A stretch of 64,000 nucleotides of DNA from Bacillota bacterium. GTDB taxonomy: Bacteria; Bacillota; Ch66; Ch109. The stretch covers positions 192,001 to 256,000 of the forward strand of contig JBMNLH010000004.1 in assembly GCA_050952625.1 (NCBI GenBank). Direction: 5' to 3'. Below the pieces are notes generated by a model. It did no database searches, was not told where the DNA came from, and was given only the letters and a program-made list of their open reading frames with translations. Made by a program: the position numbers and the translations under genes. This document shows positions 45,758 through 55,386 of the stretch, one piece after another (position 1 is the first letter of the stretch; each line of letters begins with the position of its first letter).

Positions 45758-47328
45758 CGGCTTGAACCCCTATTATTGGAGAATATACACTTAAAGCTTA
45801 AGCTTACATGAAATATAACGTTTTACCTTGAGCAACCGCCCTTGACATGGGGGCCCCTGGTGTCCGTGTTTCTTAGGGCCGGCCAGGGCCCGCTGCAGCT
45901 AATGCTTTTGCGGCCCTTTGCCAGGGATAGGCTAACACGGACACCCTCCCCATGTAAAGGGTCTTCGATGAACGGTTGCTAGGCGACCATTTTCTTCTCT
46001 GTAATCTGGTTGCTCATAACAGCTTCATAATATTTAGCAGGTGCCATGTACCCTATGCTGCCATGCCGGCGACGATTTGTTGTAATAATCCATGTATTCG
46101 CTGATGACTCTGTATGCATCTGTAAAAGCCTGGTAAACTCATTTCTTGCTATAGCATTCCATCTTCTAATATAGAATGAAAAGGACTCAATATAGGCGTT
46201 CATATTAGGACTTTTAACTGGTATTCTTTCGTGAGTTAATTTCCATTTCCAGCATGTCTCTTCAAATATTTTAGCGGTAAACTGCGGGGCCATTATCAGT
46301 CCTTATTATTGGAAGTTCCATGCCAGGCTTTAAATTGCGTTTATTAAGCGAATTTATAAGTACTGCGCAGGGCATCCTTAGCTGTAGCACTTAATCCAAG
46401 GTGATAGTCAATTACTGAACGGTCAAACACGTCTATAAGGGATAATTGGAAGAAGAACCTGCTCATACCCTCAATGTAACCATACTTCAGGTCCATTTGC
46501 CATGTGTTGGTTAGGGGCAGTTACTTCATCTCGCTTTGCCAGTTTTCCTCGGCCGGTCTAGATATATTTTTCTCTGAGGACGCAATACGTTAAGTTCTTT
46601 ACAGAGCCGGTATGTTTTCTTATGGTTTATGATAAGCTGGTAATCCTCTTTCAGGGTTGCGTTGATTTTTTTATAGCCATAAGGGAAACCATCCCCGGTA
46701 ACTATCTCTTTAATATATTCCTTAATTAATTCGTCAGAGATTTGCTCACCTTCTAGATTTTAATGAGTACTCTGATATCTTGCGCCCCGGTTTCTTCTTT
46801 GGTAGTTCCTGGTTAATAGCACTTATAGTTTCTTTGATTTTATGATAGTAGGTGGATGAAGCCAAGCCGACAGAGCTAAGGACCAGAGAAGCTTTATAGC
46901 CCTTATCTATCCACCTTTTAGCTATGGTAACACCTGTCGGCTACCGAGGGTTTTGGATATCCCTTAATCTCTCTTAAAATAGCCAACTCTAATTCTTTAT
47001 CAGCCAGAAGGCGTTTTAGCCTGTCATTCTCAGTACTAACTTCTTTAAGCTGTTTTTCCAGAGCTTTTTGGCGGTCATCTTTAACTTTAGGCAGTCTCTT
47101 TATGGAGCCGTTTTTTTCGATATTTACTTAACCAAGTATGAATTGTATTAGCCGACATTTTCATGCCTGCGAGCTACCAAGGCAACGTTACCTGTTTCCT
47201 GGCACTCTTTTATAATTAATTCCTTGAATTCATCGCTGTATTGCTTGCTTTTCATGAAAATCTACCCCCTACTATTATGTTAACGTATTACACGTGCTTT
47301 CTCCAAATTTATTAGGGGGCTAGATAGT
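45758..47328 (-). mobile_element. IS3-family-like element with multiply frameshifted orfA/orfB
   Basis: orfA MKSKQYSDEFKE..; orfB WQMDLKYG, TDNG, NMNAYIESF, RRHGS; 3-bp duplication AAC at 45755-45757 and 47329-47331; imperfect IRs sharing CCCCTA...TTGGAGA. Confidence 0.85.
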
Positions 47329-47339
47329 AACGACACCTC

Positions 47340-47510
47340 CGAAGATAATAATGCAGGGAACAATTGTCTGATAAAAATTGAAGTTTAGTGTCCGTGGTCA
47401 CCGTCAATGTGCCACAATTCTCTGTACTCAAAGGACAATTTAGTCATGTTCTAAAACCGGGGTATAAAGTCTCCCCAAACCGTCCCTCGACCTTACCCTG
47501 CAGTACCATT
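47340..47510 (-). ncRNA. Putative bridge RNA region of IS110 element 3
   Basis: Two stem/internal-loop/stem units carrying GGGACGGTT + AGAA (target match) and ACACTAA (donor-end match). Confidence 0.7.
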
Positions 47511-47676
47511 ATATAATGTCGTTATTTCCCGGGAAGCCCTTTGTATCTGCTTTGGCCAGTTTTTCAATCCATTCTCCTGTGTCAAGCATTGTCATGGATG
47601 TTCTCCTGGTTGTAATTATAGGTAAAAAGTGAAAAGTTGGTATCGTAATAAGTGGTATAAGCTTCGGTGCCAGGCA

Positions 47677-47850
47677 GTGCGCGCCCGAGCAAGGTCGTTT
47701 CATATAGTGGGTGGGAAGCCTACTGGATAAGGTAGACCAACCATCCGTAGTTAGCCTTGGAGCTTATCAGGTAACTGGTAAGTTTTAAGCGTAGGCAAAC
47801 AGGGTAGCAGGCTGAAAGCTGAAAAGCTGAAGTGATTGAGCCACGTAATG
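47677..47850 (+). ncRNA. Group II intron 5' fragment (part of domain I)
   Basis: Starts GTGCG; GTAGTTAGCCTTGG...AAGCGTAGGC and GCAGGCTG...GTGATTGAGCC resemble bacterial group II intron domain I; no RT ORF or domain V follows. Confidence 0.65.
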
Positions 47851-48335
47851 CTTCGGTGCCTGACATGAACTTATTAAGTTATTCAATATTCAGATAATTA
47901 TCAATAAAAGTACGGCTATTATATGCTATTACATAAGCTACATTATCGGAATTTAAAGAGTTCATGCAAAAGAAGAATGGCAGGTGCCTGACCCCAAGTT
48001 ATTTAAATAAAGACCAATCCAGATGTTCTAGGGGTTGGGAAACATAACATGTATTATCAGAATAAACCTAGTTGTTGAGATAAATTCATGGTAGAGTGGC
48101 AAGGGGCCATTTCGTTTTCGCATTTAATAAAAAGAGCTTGTTTAAGGCTAGCGTAATCACTTTACAAGGACCCCTGGTGCCTGCCACCAACTTATCAACT
48201 TATCAACTTATTAAATATTATGACAATTTGGGACTGGGTGTAGGAATTATTAGAAGCAAAAGGTGCTTAGGGGTTTATGCCAGGGATTGATTTAATAGCG
48301 ATGAAAAAAGCCATAAATATTGGAGGCTGATGGTA

Positions 48336-49993
48336 TTAGCGTGAAAACAACAATAACACCGGACAATAAGGACGGGAGCTAAAAAAGGGCACACTTCCCC
48401 CTTGAATTATAAGTAAAAATTTAAGCTGGTTGCAATAAGCCTGGTATGTCAGTTTCCTGAATAAGCCCTTGCGCAATCAGAAGCTTAGCAGCCTTTTTTA
48501 AAGCTTTCTCCTTCTGTTTATCACATAGTTCCAGAGGCATATCAACCTTGTAGAGGTCACATGGATTGAAGATCTCGCCGGTCGAAAGCATATGATAAAT
48601 GGCGGAGAGAATCATCCTGGCGATAGCGATAATGGCTCGTTTCTTGCCTCTTCTCTTGGAAATGCGCTCATACTTGATACGGTAATAAGGACTGTCCTTG
48701 GATTTTACCGCGGCGTGAGCGACTTGAACCAGAGCAGGCTTAAGATAAACCCCGGCTCTTGTGATGCGGACCGACTTTTTCTTGCCGGCAGATTCATTGT
48801 TGCCAGGCGTTAGACCCGCCCAGCAGCAAAGCCTCTTTGAGGACGAGAAATGAGACATGTCAGTACCTATCTCGGAGATGACCGTGATAGCAGAAGTGCG
48901 GTCAACTCCGGGAATGGTACAAAGAAGTTGAAGCGCGCTTTCATAGGGCGAGGCCAAAATATTAAGCATATCGTCCAGTTTATTGATAGATTTCTCGATA
49001 AATTCCAGGTGATTGCGAATCATGCGGACGCGGAACTTTTGCTCGGGCATCATTTGATATCCCTCAATGGATTCAATTACTATATCAGCCTTTTTCTTAA
49101 GGGACTTTTTCAGAAGGGATACGCAGTGTTGCGGATCAAAAGAATCTGAATTTACAAGGTAGTCGGTGATGGATGAGGCAGATTTGCCAAACATGTCCGA
49201 AACGACAGCATCAAGGGCTACATTGCAGACCGTGAAAGCATTTTGGAAACGATTCTTCTCACTGGATTTACAAGATATCAGTTTAAACCGGTAGCGAGTA
49301 TACTCGCGCAGAATTCGAATCGATTTATTGGGGATAAAACTGCCTGGTACAAGGCCCAGACGAAACAGGTCGCCGATCCATTTAGAATCTTTGGTGTCGT
49401 CCTTGTTGCCTTTAACGGCCTTGACCCATTTGGGATTGGCAACGGTGACGTTGATGGAATCCTCCAATAAATTGAACACGGGAACCCAATACTTCCCGGT
49501 AGATTCCATACAGACGTCTCTACAATTGTTATCCAACAACCAGCGTTTAAATTGTAGGATGGAATTGTTGAAGGTGGAGAAGCGTTTCTTCTGGTAGTGA
49601 GGGGTAATCCCCTTAGATGTGATGATGGTGGCAACGAAAAATTTTTTGTGGACATCTACGCCACAGCAAATTGGGGTAAACGACTTTCAAGCTACTGCCT
49701 CCTCTTAAAAATGGTGTGGAGAAGGCAGTGACTGGGCTGCCGCACATTTAACAAGGAGTTAAAACAATGATTAGCGTACGGTCTCGAAGAACCCACTCAT
49801 TTGTGCTTGGAAGGCAGTCCTTACACTGGTTATTATACGGTTTTGGGTCAAATATGAGCGGTCTACTACTTACCTCACCGTGCTTTGTAGTTTGCCTTCT
49901 CCTCAGACCCATTCTACCGAAATCCGGGGTAATTTGCGCCCCCGTTTTCATTACTATTTGTATCGCTGCCCTTGCAGCGAGATGGAGGTTATT
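48336..49993 (-). mobile_element. IS110-family element, copy 2 (CDS 48421-49690, one homopolymer frameshift)
   Basis: Reverse-complement duplicate of 38561-40216, two bases longer through homopolymer differences. Confidence 0.92.
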
Positions 49994-51255
49994 ATGAAAT
50001 ACTGCCTTACTATGTGAATGGTGACCTGGAACGAGCTGCCCCACTGGAGGCGGAGTTCATTATCAATACCGTTGTGCCTAGCATTAATGAAGGTTTTGAA
50101 GTTCCTGCACGATCTGGGGATTATTCATCGGGATATTAAGCCGAATAATATTTTTTTTAGTGATGACCGGCGGCAGGTAGTTATTGGTGATTTTGGGATT
50201 AGTTCAGTAACAAATCAAAAAATCAGTATTCGGGTTACTAATGGTGATCGAACAATTGGCTATGCGGCTCCAGAAACCGCGCAGGGCTTTGTGATGAAGG
50301 AATCAGATTACTATTCATTTGGCATAACCCTGCTGCATTTGGTGACCGGCTTTGACCCCTTTGAGGGAATGACTGATACCCAGATTTTACTGCAAACCAT
50401 CAATTATCCGCTCAATATCCCAGCCTCAGTGCCCTCCCGTCTGGCAGAGTTGATCAGGGGATTAACCGTCAAGGATCGCAATTATCGTTGGGGTTATGCC
50501 CAGGTACAGAGATGGTGCAACCAAGAAGTCGTTCCAATTTATGAGGGGGATACGGGAAACCCCGGCCAGGTCCAATATTAAACCTTACACTTTTGCCGGG
50601 CGCAAATTATACGAGTTGGAAGAATTTTCGCTCTGCCTGGCGGAGAACTGGACCGAAGGAATTAAGCATTTATACCGGGGATATATTGCTGATCACTTAA
50701 AACAATTTGGGCAGGAATTAACCTCCCAAGGGGACGGATTGTGCCGAGGAAAGGGACCAAGACCTGGGCTTTTTTAAGCTGATTTATCTCCTAAACCCTA
50801 AGGCCCCCCGCTCTGTTGGCGAGGCGAAATGTTTATTGACCTCTATAAGCTAAGCACGAGTATCAGTAAAGAACTGCCTCAAGTGAATCAAAGTTATTTG
50901 ACTTTGTTAACCAGCGGAGCCCTGCAGCATTTTTTGCAGGTTAAGGGTTTTGATAGCCGTTTTATCTCTCTTGTGGCAAGAGTTAGAAAAGCAAGCGGTC
51001 CAAGATCCCGACTTAGCCCTATTATCGATTAGCTAGACTCCTCGGGGAGAACCCCTGAGTTTCATTATGCCGGGCAGACATTCTCCACACCGCGATGACT
51101 TAGTTCATTACCTCTATGAGCAGCGCTCCAGACTTGATCAACTGGCAGTCGAGTTATTGGCGAATAAAGACTTCTTGGCTTGGCTTTACCATTTGGGCTA
51201 CAGTGAACATATCGCACAGTGGCAGGAAATTGACTACTTACAGGAGGGGAGCAGG
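49994..51255 (+). pseudogene. Ser/Thr protein kinase, N-terminus lost, several frameshifts
   Basis: EILPYY..GDL, IIHRDIKPNN, GDFG, GYAAPE, DYYSFG. Confidence 0.85.
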
Positions 51256-52815
51256 TTGAGCGGTCCTAAGAGCAGTGAGTATTATCTAACCCTCGCTGAG
51301 TCAAGGCGGCAGGAAGAGGAACGGAGAATCCGCCTGGAACAGGAAATGTGCGACTTGCTCGAGCGAGAAATAGAAGCCAAAACGCGGAGTCTGCACCAGA
51401 TAATGCAGCAGGTCGAGCTAGCGGCGGCTGACTTAATCAATGAAGCCAAACTGACCATGCAGGACAGTGGCTTAGTAAAACACATTGAACAGATGTTACA
51501 GTGGATGCAGGAAAGAGCCGGGAACATCTCGGCTAAGCCGGGTGTTAGAACCAGTACTGAGTTGGGCAATTACTTGGCTCAAGTGGAGCGAATCCAGCAA
51601 CAATTAACTGTTCAGGAAGGAACCATCCAAGAAGCATTAACCGTGCTCAATAAACTGCTGAAAGATGAAAGGATTAACCGTTTAGAGTCTAAATTGCTCA
51701 CTGAGACCAAAACCTTAAACCCAGTGCAGCCTTATTCGTTTGATCTGACTATGCCGGTTAGTCAATCCAGTGAACCGGTCCAAACAACGGTTGATCTCGC
51801 CGAAGCGCTCGTGGAGTTTATCGGGTTGGTGGATCCTTTTTTAAACAATGAATTATTAGGGAAAATGCAGGAAATAGCTCAACTCAAAAAGTCGGTGCTT
51901 GATCTGGCGGAAAATCAGGCGGTGGATGATGTATATAAGTGGCAGCAGATTAAAATGCGCCAAAAGGCCTTTATAGCCACCTGCCATAAGTATGAACAGC
52001 AGTTAACCAATAACCAGAGGCTTTACCAGGAATATCAGATGCAGCAGCGAACCTACCACACAGTCTGCCAGCTGCTAGGGGAAACACCGAAACCGTATTC
52101 ATTTACCCTTAATGAGGCGTCTCAAACGCTGATAGACCTAACCCAGGAAATAAAACGATGTCAGTCACGGCTCACCAAAAAAGAAGAAGCCGAGTACATC
52201 GCAGCCTCAATCAATGAAGTTATGGCCGAATTGGGGTATGAAATTGTGGCTACGGATTTTTTAAGGACACCCAAGCGGGATATCATCCACCATATCTATG
52301 AATTTGAGCAGGGCAATGTGGTTAATGTCTTTTCCTCCGATAACGGAAGCCTCATGTTCGAAGTAACCGGTGTGAAGGCAACAAACGATTTGACGGAATT
52401 AGAAAAACTGAAGATCAAAGAAGGGATGGAAAGTTTTTGCTCAAAGTACGATGAAATCAAAAAAAGACTTTTGAGCAAAGGCATTGAGATTCCCACCGCC
52501 CATGCGGAGATTATAGCGATTCAGGCAGCCTCACGCAACCTGGGAGGGTGGCGGTTACTGGGAACCACCCTTTACGTAACGGTCGAACCGTGTTTTATGT
52601 GTGCTGGGGCTCTGGTTTTGGCTCGAGTGGAGCGGCTGGTTTACGGAGTTAAGGACCCGAAAATGGGAGCAGTGGATTCTCTGGTAAATTTGGTCCAATT
52701 CCCGGGGATTAATCATCGGGTTGAGGTAACCCAGGGTGTTTGCGAAGCAGAATGCCGGGAGATAATCCAAAAGTTTTTTCAGGAGCTGCGCCAGCGGAAA
52801 AAAAATGAGGGTTAA
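51256..52815 (+). CDS. tadA: Coiled-coil protein (start MSGPK) fused in frame to the C-terminal two-thirds of tRNA adenosine deaminase
   Basis: RBS GGAGG before TTG at 51256; from 52492 PTAHAE, TLYVTVEPCFMCAGA, DPKMGA, FFQELR. Confidence 0.8.
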   Translation: MSGPKSSEYYLTLAESRRQEEERRIRLEQEMCDLLEREIEAKTRSLHQIMQQVELAAADLINEAKLTMQDSGLVKHIEQMLQWMQERAGNISAKPGVRTSTELGNYLAQVERIQQQLTVQEGTIQEALTVLNKLLKDERINRLESKLLTETKTLNPVQPYSFDLTMPVSQSSEPVQTTVDLAEALVEFIGLVDPFLNNELLGKMQEIAQLKKSVLDLAENQAVDDVYKWQQIKMRQKAFIATCHKYEQQLTNNQRLYQEYQMQQRTYHTVCQLLGETPKPYSFTLNEASQTLIDLTQEIKRCQSRLTKKEEAEYIAASINEVMAELGYEIVATDFLRTPKRDIIHHIYEFEQGNVVNVFSSDNGSLMFEVTGVKATNDLTELEKLKIKEGMESFCSKYDEIKKRLLSKGIEIPTAHAEIIAIQAASRNLGGWRLLGTTLYVTVEPCFMCAGALVLARVERLVYGVKDPKMGAVDSLVNLVQFPGINHRVEVTQGVCEAECREIIQKFFQELRQRKKNEG

Positions 52816-52968
52816 CTCATAAGCTATTGGAGAGTAGAGTAATGTTTACTGGCTCTTTCGGGGACTAAAGCAATGGATTGATTTCAGATAAGATGACTTG
52901 ATCTAACTAGATTAGTCAAATAGCTGGATTAGTCAGATTATCGTCACAATTGCAGAAATACTTTACGC

Positions 52969-53060
52969 GGAGAGATGGCTGAGCTGGTCTAAGGCGCTCG
53001 ACTCGAAATCGAGTGTGCCCTGATAAGGCACCGTGGGTTCGAATCCCACTCTCTCCGCCA
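52969..53060 (+). tRNA. tRNA-Ser(CGA), prophage integration site
   Basis: Anticodon loop CT-CGA-AA, long variable arm, CCA; followed by a terminator and a convergent integrase. Confidence 0.97.
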
Positions 53061-53069
53061 AAAGCTTAT

Positions 53070-53102
53070 AAAACAAGGGGTTGCGGCCCCTTGTTTATTT
53101 TT
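53070..53102. terminator. Bidirectional terminator
   Basis: AAACAAGGGG-TTGCGG-CCCCTTGTTT followed by a T-tract. Confidence 0.8.
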
Positions 53103-53169
53103 CCAGGGGGTCAAAAAGGACACGGAAAGATACGTTTAGACAAATAAATTTGCACCGTTTTTGCACTCC

Positions 53170-54255
53170 TTATTCGGACATAAGTTGGTCAAAATGGTTG
53201 GCTACTTCTTCCTGTTTGTTGGGGAGGACATGGGCATAAATCTTTAGAGTGGTGAAACTGTCGTTATGGCCTAAGCGTTCGCTGACGGCGTTGATATACT
53301 CGCCAGCCGACAGAAGGATCGTGGCATGAATATGCCTGAGATGGTGAAAGGTGAGATCAGGGTATCCAAGTTTTTCTGCCATGTTAACAAACCGGTGATG
53401 AAGGTTTCGCCGGTCCTCGTAGCCGCCATTTCTGATGTTAGGGAAAACAAGGTTGTTTTGATTGTTAAATTCTCCACCGCTGGCCAGTTGCAGTTCAAGT
53501 TGTTTTTTTCGATGTTCTTTTAGAACATTAATAACCCGGTCCGTAATCTTTACATTCCGGGTACTGCTAACATTTTTGGTTCTCTCGCGGTGTTCGAATT
53601 TTTCCTCATCGTCAGAAAGGTGCAGGGCCTTGTTGACCCTAATGGTTTTTTCGTCCCAGAGGATATCGGACCAGGTTAACCCCAATAGCTCTGATTGACG
53701 CATACCTGTATAGGCGGCCGTATAGACAATCGCGTAATCCCGATGCCCTTCAAATCCTTTAAGAAATTCCCTCAATTCCTCTTTAGTCATTGGCACCCAG
53801 GCTTGGCCTGGGTGTTTTTTGCTCCTTGGGGGTTTGGCCTTGGTGCACGGGTTCTTTGGGATCAGCTCAAGATCAACAGCCTTTTCTAGGGCCTGACGGA
53901 GAATGGCGTGCTGGTAAGTTATTGCCCTGGCAGAAAGGCCCCCGCTTCGAATCACCTCATTACCTTTTTTGACCAACTTTCCATTTTCAGCCAGATAGTT
54001 ATAGTATTCCTGTATGTGTAAAGGGGTTAAGTAGCACAAGGGAATATGCCCCATAATGGGGATCATGTGTCGGGTAATTTCTTTGCGGTAAGCCTGGTAG
54101 GTTGTTTTCTCCAGATTTGGTTTAGCGTAGTTGTCCAAGACTTTTGTTTTGCGAGGTGGAGTTTTTCCTGTGCCGCCCTTTTTCAGATAGACAATTATTT
54201 TATACTTTTTCCCTTTGATTATCTCCTGGACTTTGCCGCTGAGTTTTTCGTTCAT
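53170..54255 (-). CDS. Phage tyrosine integrase (possible internal deletion near 54140)
   Basis: TGMRQSELLGL.W, TFHHLRH.HAT, RLGH, IYAH. Confidence 0.92.
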   Translation of the reverse strand: MNEKLSGKVQEIIKGKKYKIIVYLKKGGTGKTPPRKTKVLDNYAKPNLEKTTYQAYRKEITRHMIPIMGHIPLCYLTPLHIQEYYNYLAENGKLVKKGNEVIRSGGLSARAITYQHAILRQALEKAVDLELIPKNPCTKAKPPRSKKHPGQAWVPMTKEELREFLKGFEGHRDYAIVYTAAYTGMRQSELLGLTWSDILWDEKTIRVNKALHLSDDEEKFEHRERTKNVSSTRNVKITDRVINVLKEHRKKQLELQLASGGEFNNQNNLVFPNIRNGGYEDRRNLHHRFVNMAEKLGYPDLTFHHLRHIHATILLSAGEYINAVSERLGHNDSFTTLKIYAHVLPNKQEEVANHFDQLMSE

Positions 54256-54283
54256 GGGCCATCACCCGATAGTATTAATTTTT

Positions 54284-54964
54284 TTACTTAATATTCAGTT
54301 TTGGTTTTGGAGCGCACGAACGCAGGCCGTCGATATGCTCAAAAAGTTCTGGTTTAATGTCGGCGTGTAGGGGGTCCAAAACAAAATCCAAACCCTCCCT
54401 GCGAGCCAATTTAGCGGCAGGAACAAAATCACTATCACCCGAAATAAGGACGATTTGTTCAATTTGCTTTTTATAAGCGAGTGAAGCAATATCTATGCCT
54501 ATTTTAATATCAACGCCTTTTTGTTCAAGATTAAGAACAAAATCTGCGGCTTTTATTTCCTCCCATTTCTTCCTTCCGTTACATAAGTCTTTAACCGCGT
54601 CATTGCTAAGCGTATAAACAGATTGTTTCTCCGCAAGCATACCAAGCCTGAGAGCGACTTTTCTCTTTTTTCTAAGCTCATTTAAAAAATCTGTCATCCA
54701 GATATATGATTCTGTCTTTTTTAGATTAACATTAGTTTTCAAAAACGGATGGTATTTTGGAATGCCGATAGGCGGGCAGTCATAATAAAAAATTCGGTAT
54801 AATTGATGATCTTCATGTTTTTCTTTTAAATGGTGCATGCAATAGGTTATCAACTCATTTGCCCGATCAGCCGGTGTTTTTCTCCCCCACAAGTATTGCG
54901 CCCGTTTTTGATAGAATCCTCCATCAACAAGTATTGCTGTTTTAGACATAAAAGTTTTGGACAT
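54284..54964 (-). CDS. NYN-domain (PIN-like) RNase
   Basis: AILVDGGF, RIFYYD, QKGVDIKIGID, LISGDSDFVPA...ARREG. Confidence 0.92.
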   Translation of the reverse strand: MSKTFMSKTAILVDGGFYQKRAQYLWGRKTPADRANELITYCMHHLKEKHEDHQLYRIFYYDCPPIGIPKYHPFLKTNVNLKKTESYIWMTDFLNELRKKRKVALRLGMLAEKQSVYTLSNDAVKDLCNGRKKWEEIKAADFVLNLEQKGVDIKIGIDIASLAYKKQIEQIVLISGDSDFVPAAKLARREGLDFVLDPLHADIKPELFEHIDGLRSCAPKPKLNIK

Positions 54965-54989
54965 AAAACCCTCCCTTTAAAATACTAAA

Positions 54990-55041
54990 GGCCCTTGGTT
55001 TTAGCACTTCCCTAATACTGGGAGACCTACTTCCAAGGGCC
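54990..55041 (-). ncRNA. Structured leader RNA upstream of the NYN gene
   Basis: Perfect 9-bp stem GGCCCTTGG/CCAAGGGCC enclosing an inner TCCC/GGGA hairpin; candidate promoter TTGCAT-N17-TAATAT upstream on the minus strand. Confidence 0.6.
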
Positions 55042-55386
55042 TGTTTAACTTTGTGACAGCTAATTTGCTTAACTGTATTACTATATTATGCCCTTATTTG
55101 TAAAAATGCAACCATTATATTTCGACATTTTTCAAAATCAACTGGTCTTTTTGCTGATTTTTTTCGTCTCCCCGTTCATTATTCTTTAATGGTCATTTTT
55201 AGTTGGCTTGCCCCATACATTTCCTCCGTATTATTGAAATATATTTTAATTCTGAAATATATTTTAATCCCCGGAGAGGGGCTTCAAATTTCAAATTCAT
55301 AACTTAAAAATTATATAGTCTGGTCGCCGCCTGACCGCCAAGTCAACTAAGTTGGGCCTGGCTATATAACGATCTCTAAAGTATAG

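Larger units (their letters stand above)
44455..47526 (-). mobile_element. IS110-family element 3 (distinct from copies 1/2), interrupted by an IS3-like element
   Basis: End TTAGTGTGAAAACAAC resembles the copy 1/2 end TTAGCGTGAAAACAAC; RBS and non-coding end at 47329-47526. Confidence 0.82.

Noticed and set aside
47855-48211. CRISPR array
   Set aside because: Repeats are degenerate, spacers are over 100 nt and unequal, and no cas genes are present; no CRISPR array was found anywhere in the window
38561-49993. Simple inversion or composite transposon between the two inverted IS110 copies
   Set aside because: Swapping flanks does not convincingly restore the IS1634, epimerase or kinase reading frames
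51067-51255. 582-aa ORF as a single kinase-tail/coiled-coil/TadA protein
   Set aside because: A strong RBS and TTG at 51256 indicate a separate gene; the upstream in-frame part is the frameshifted kinase tail
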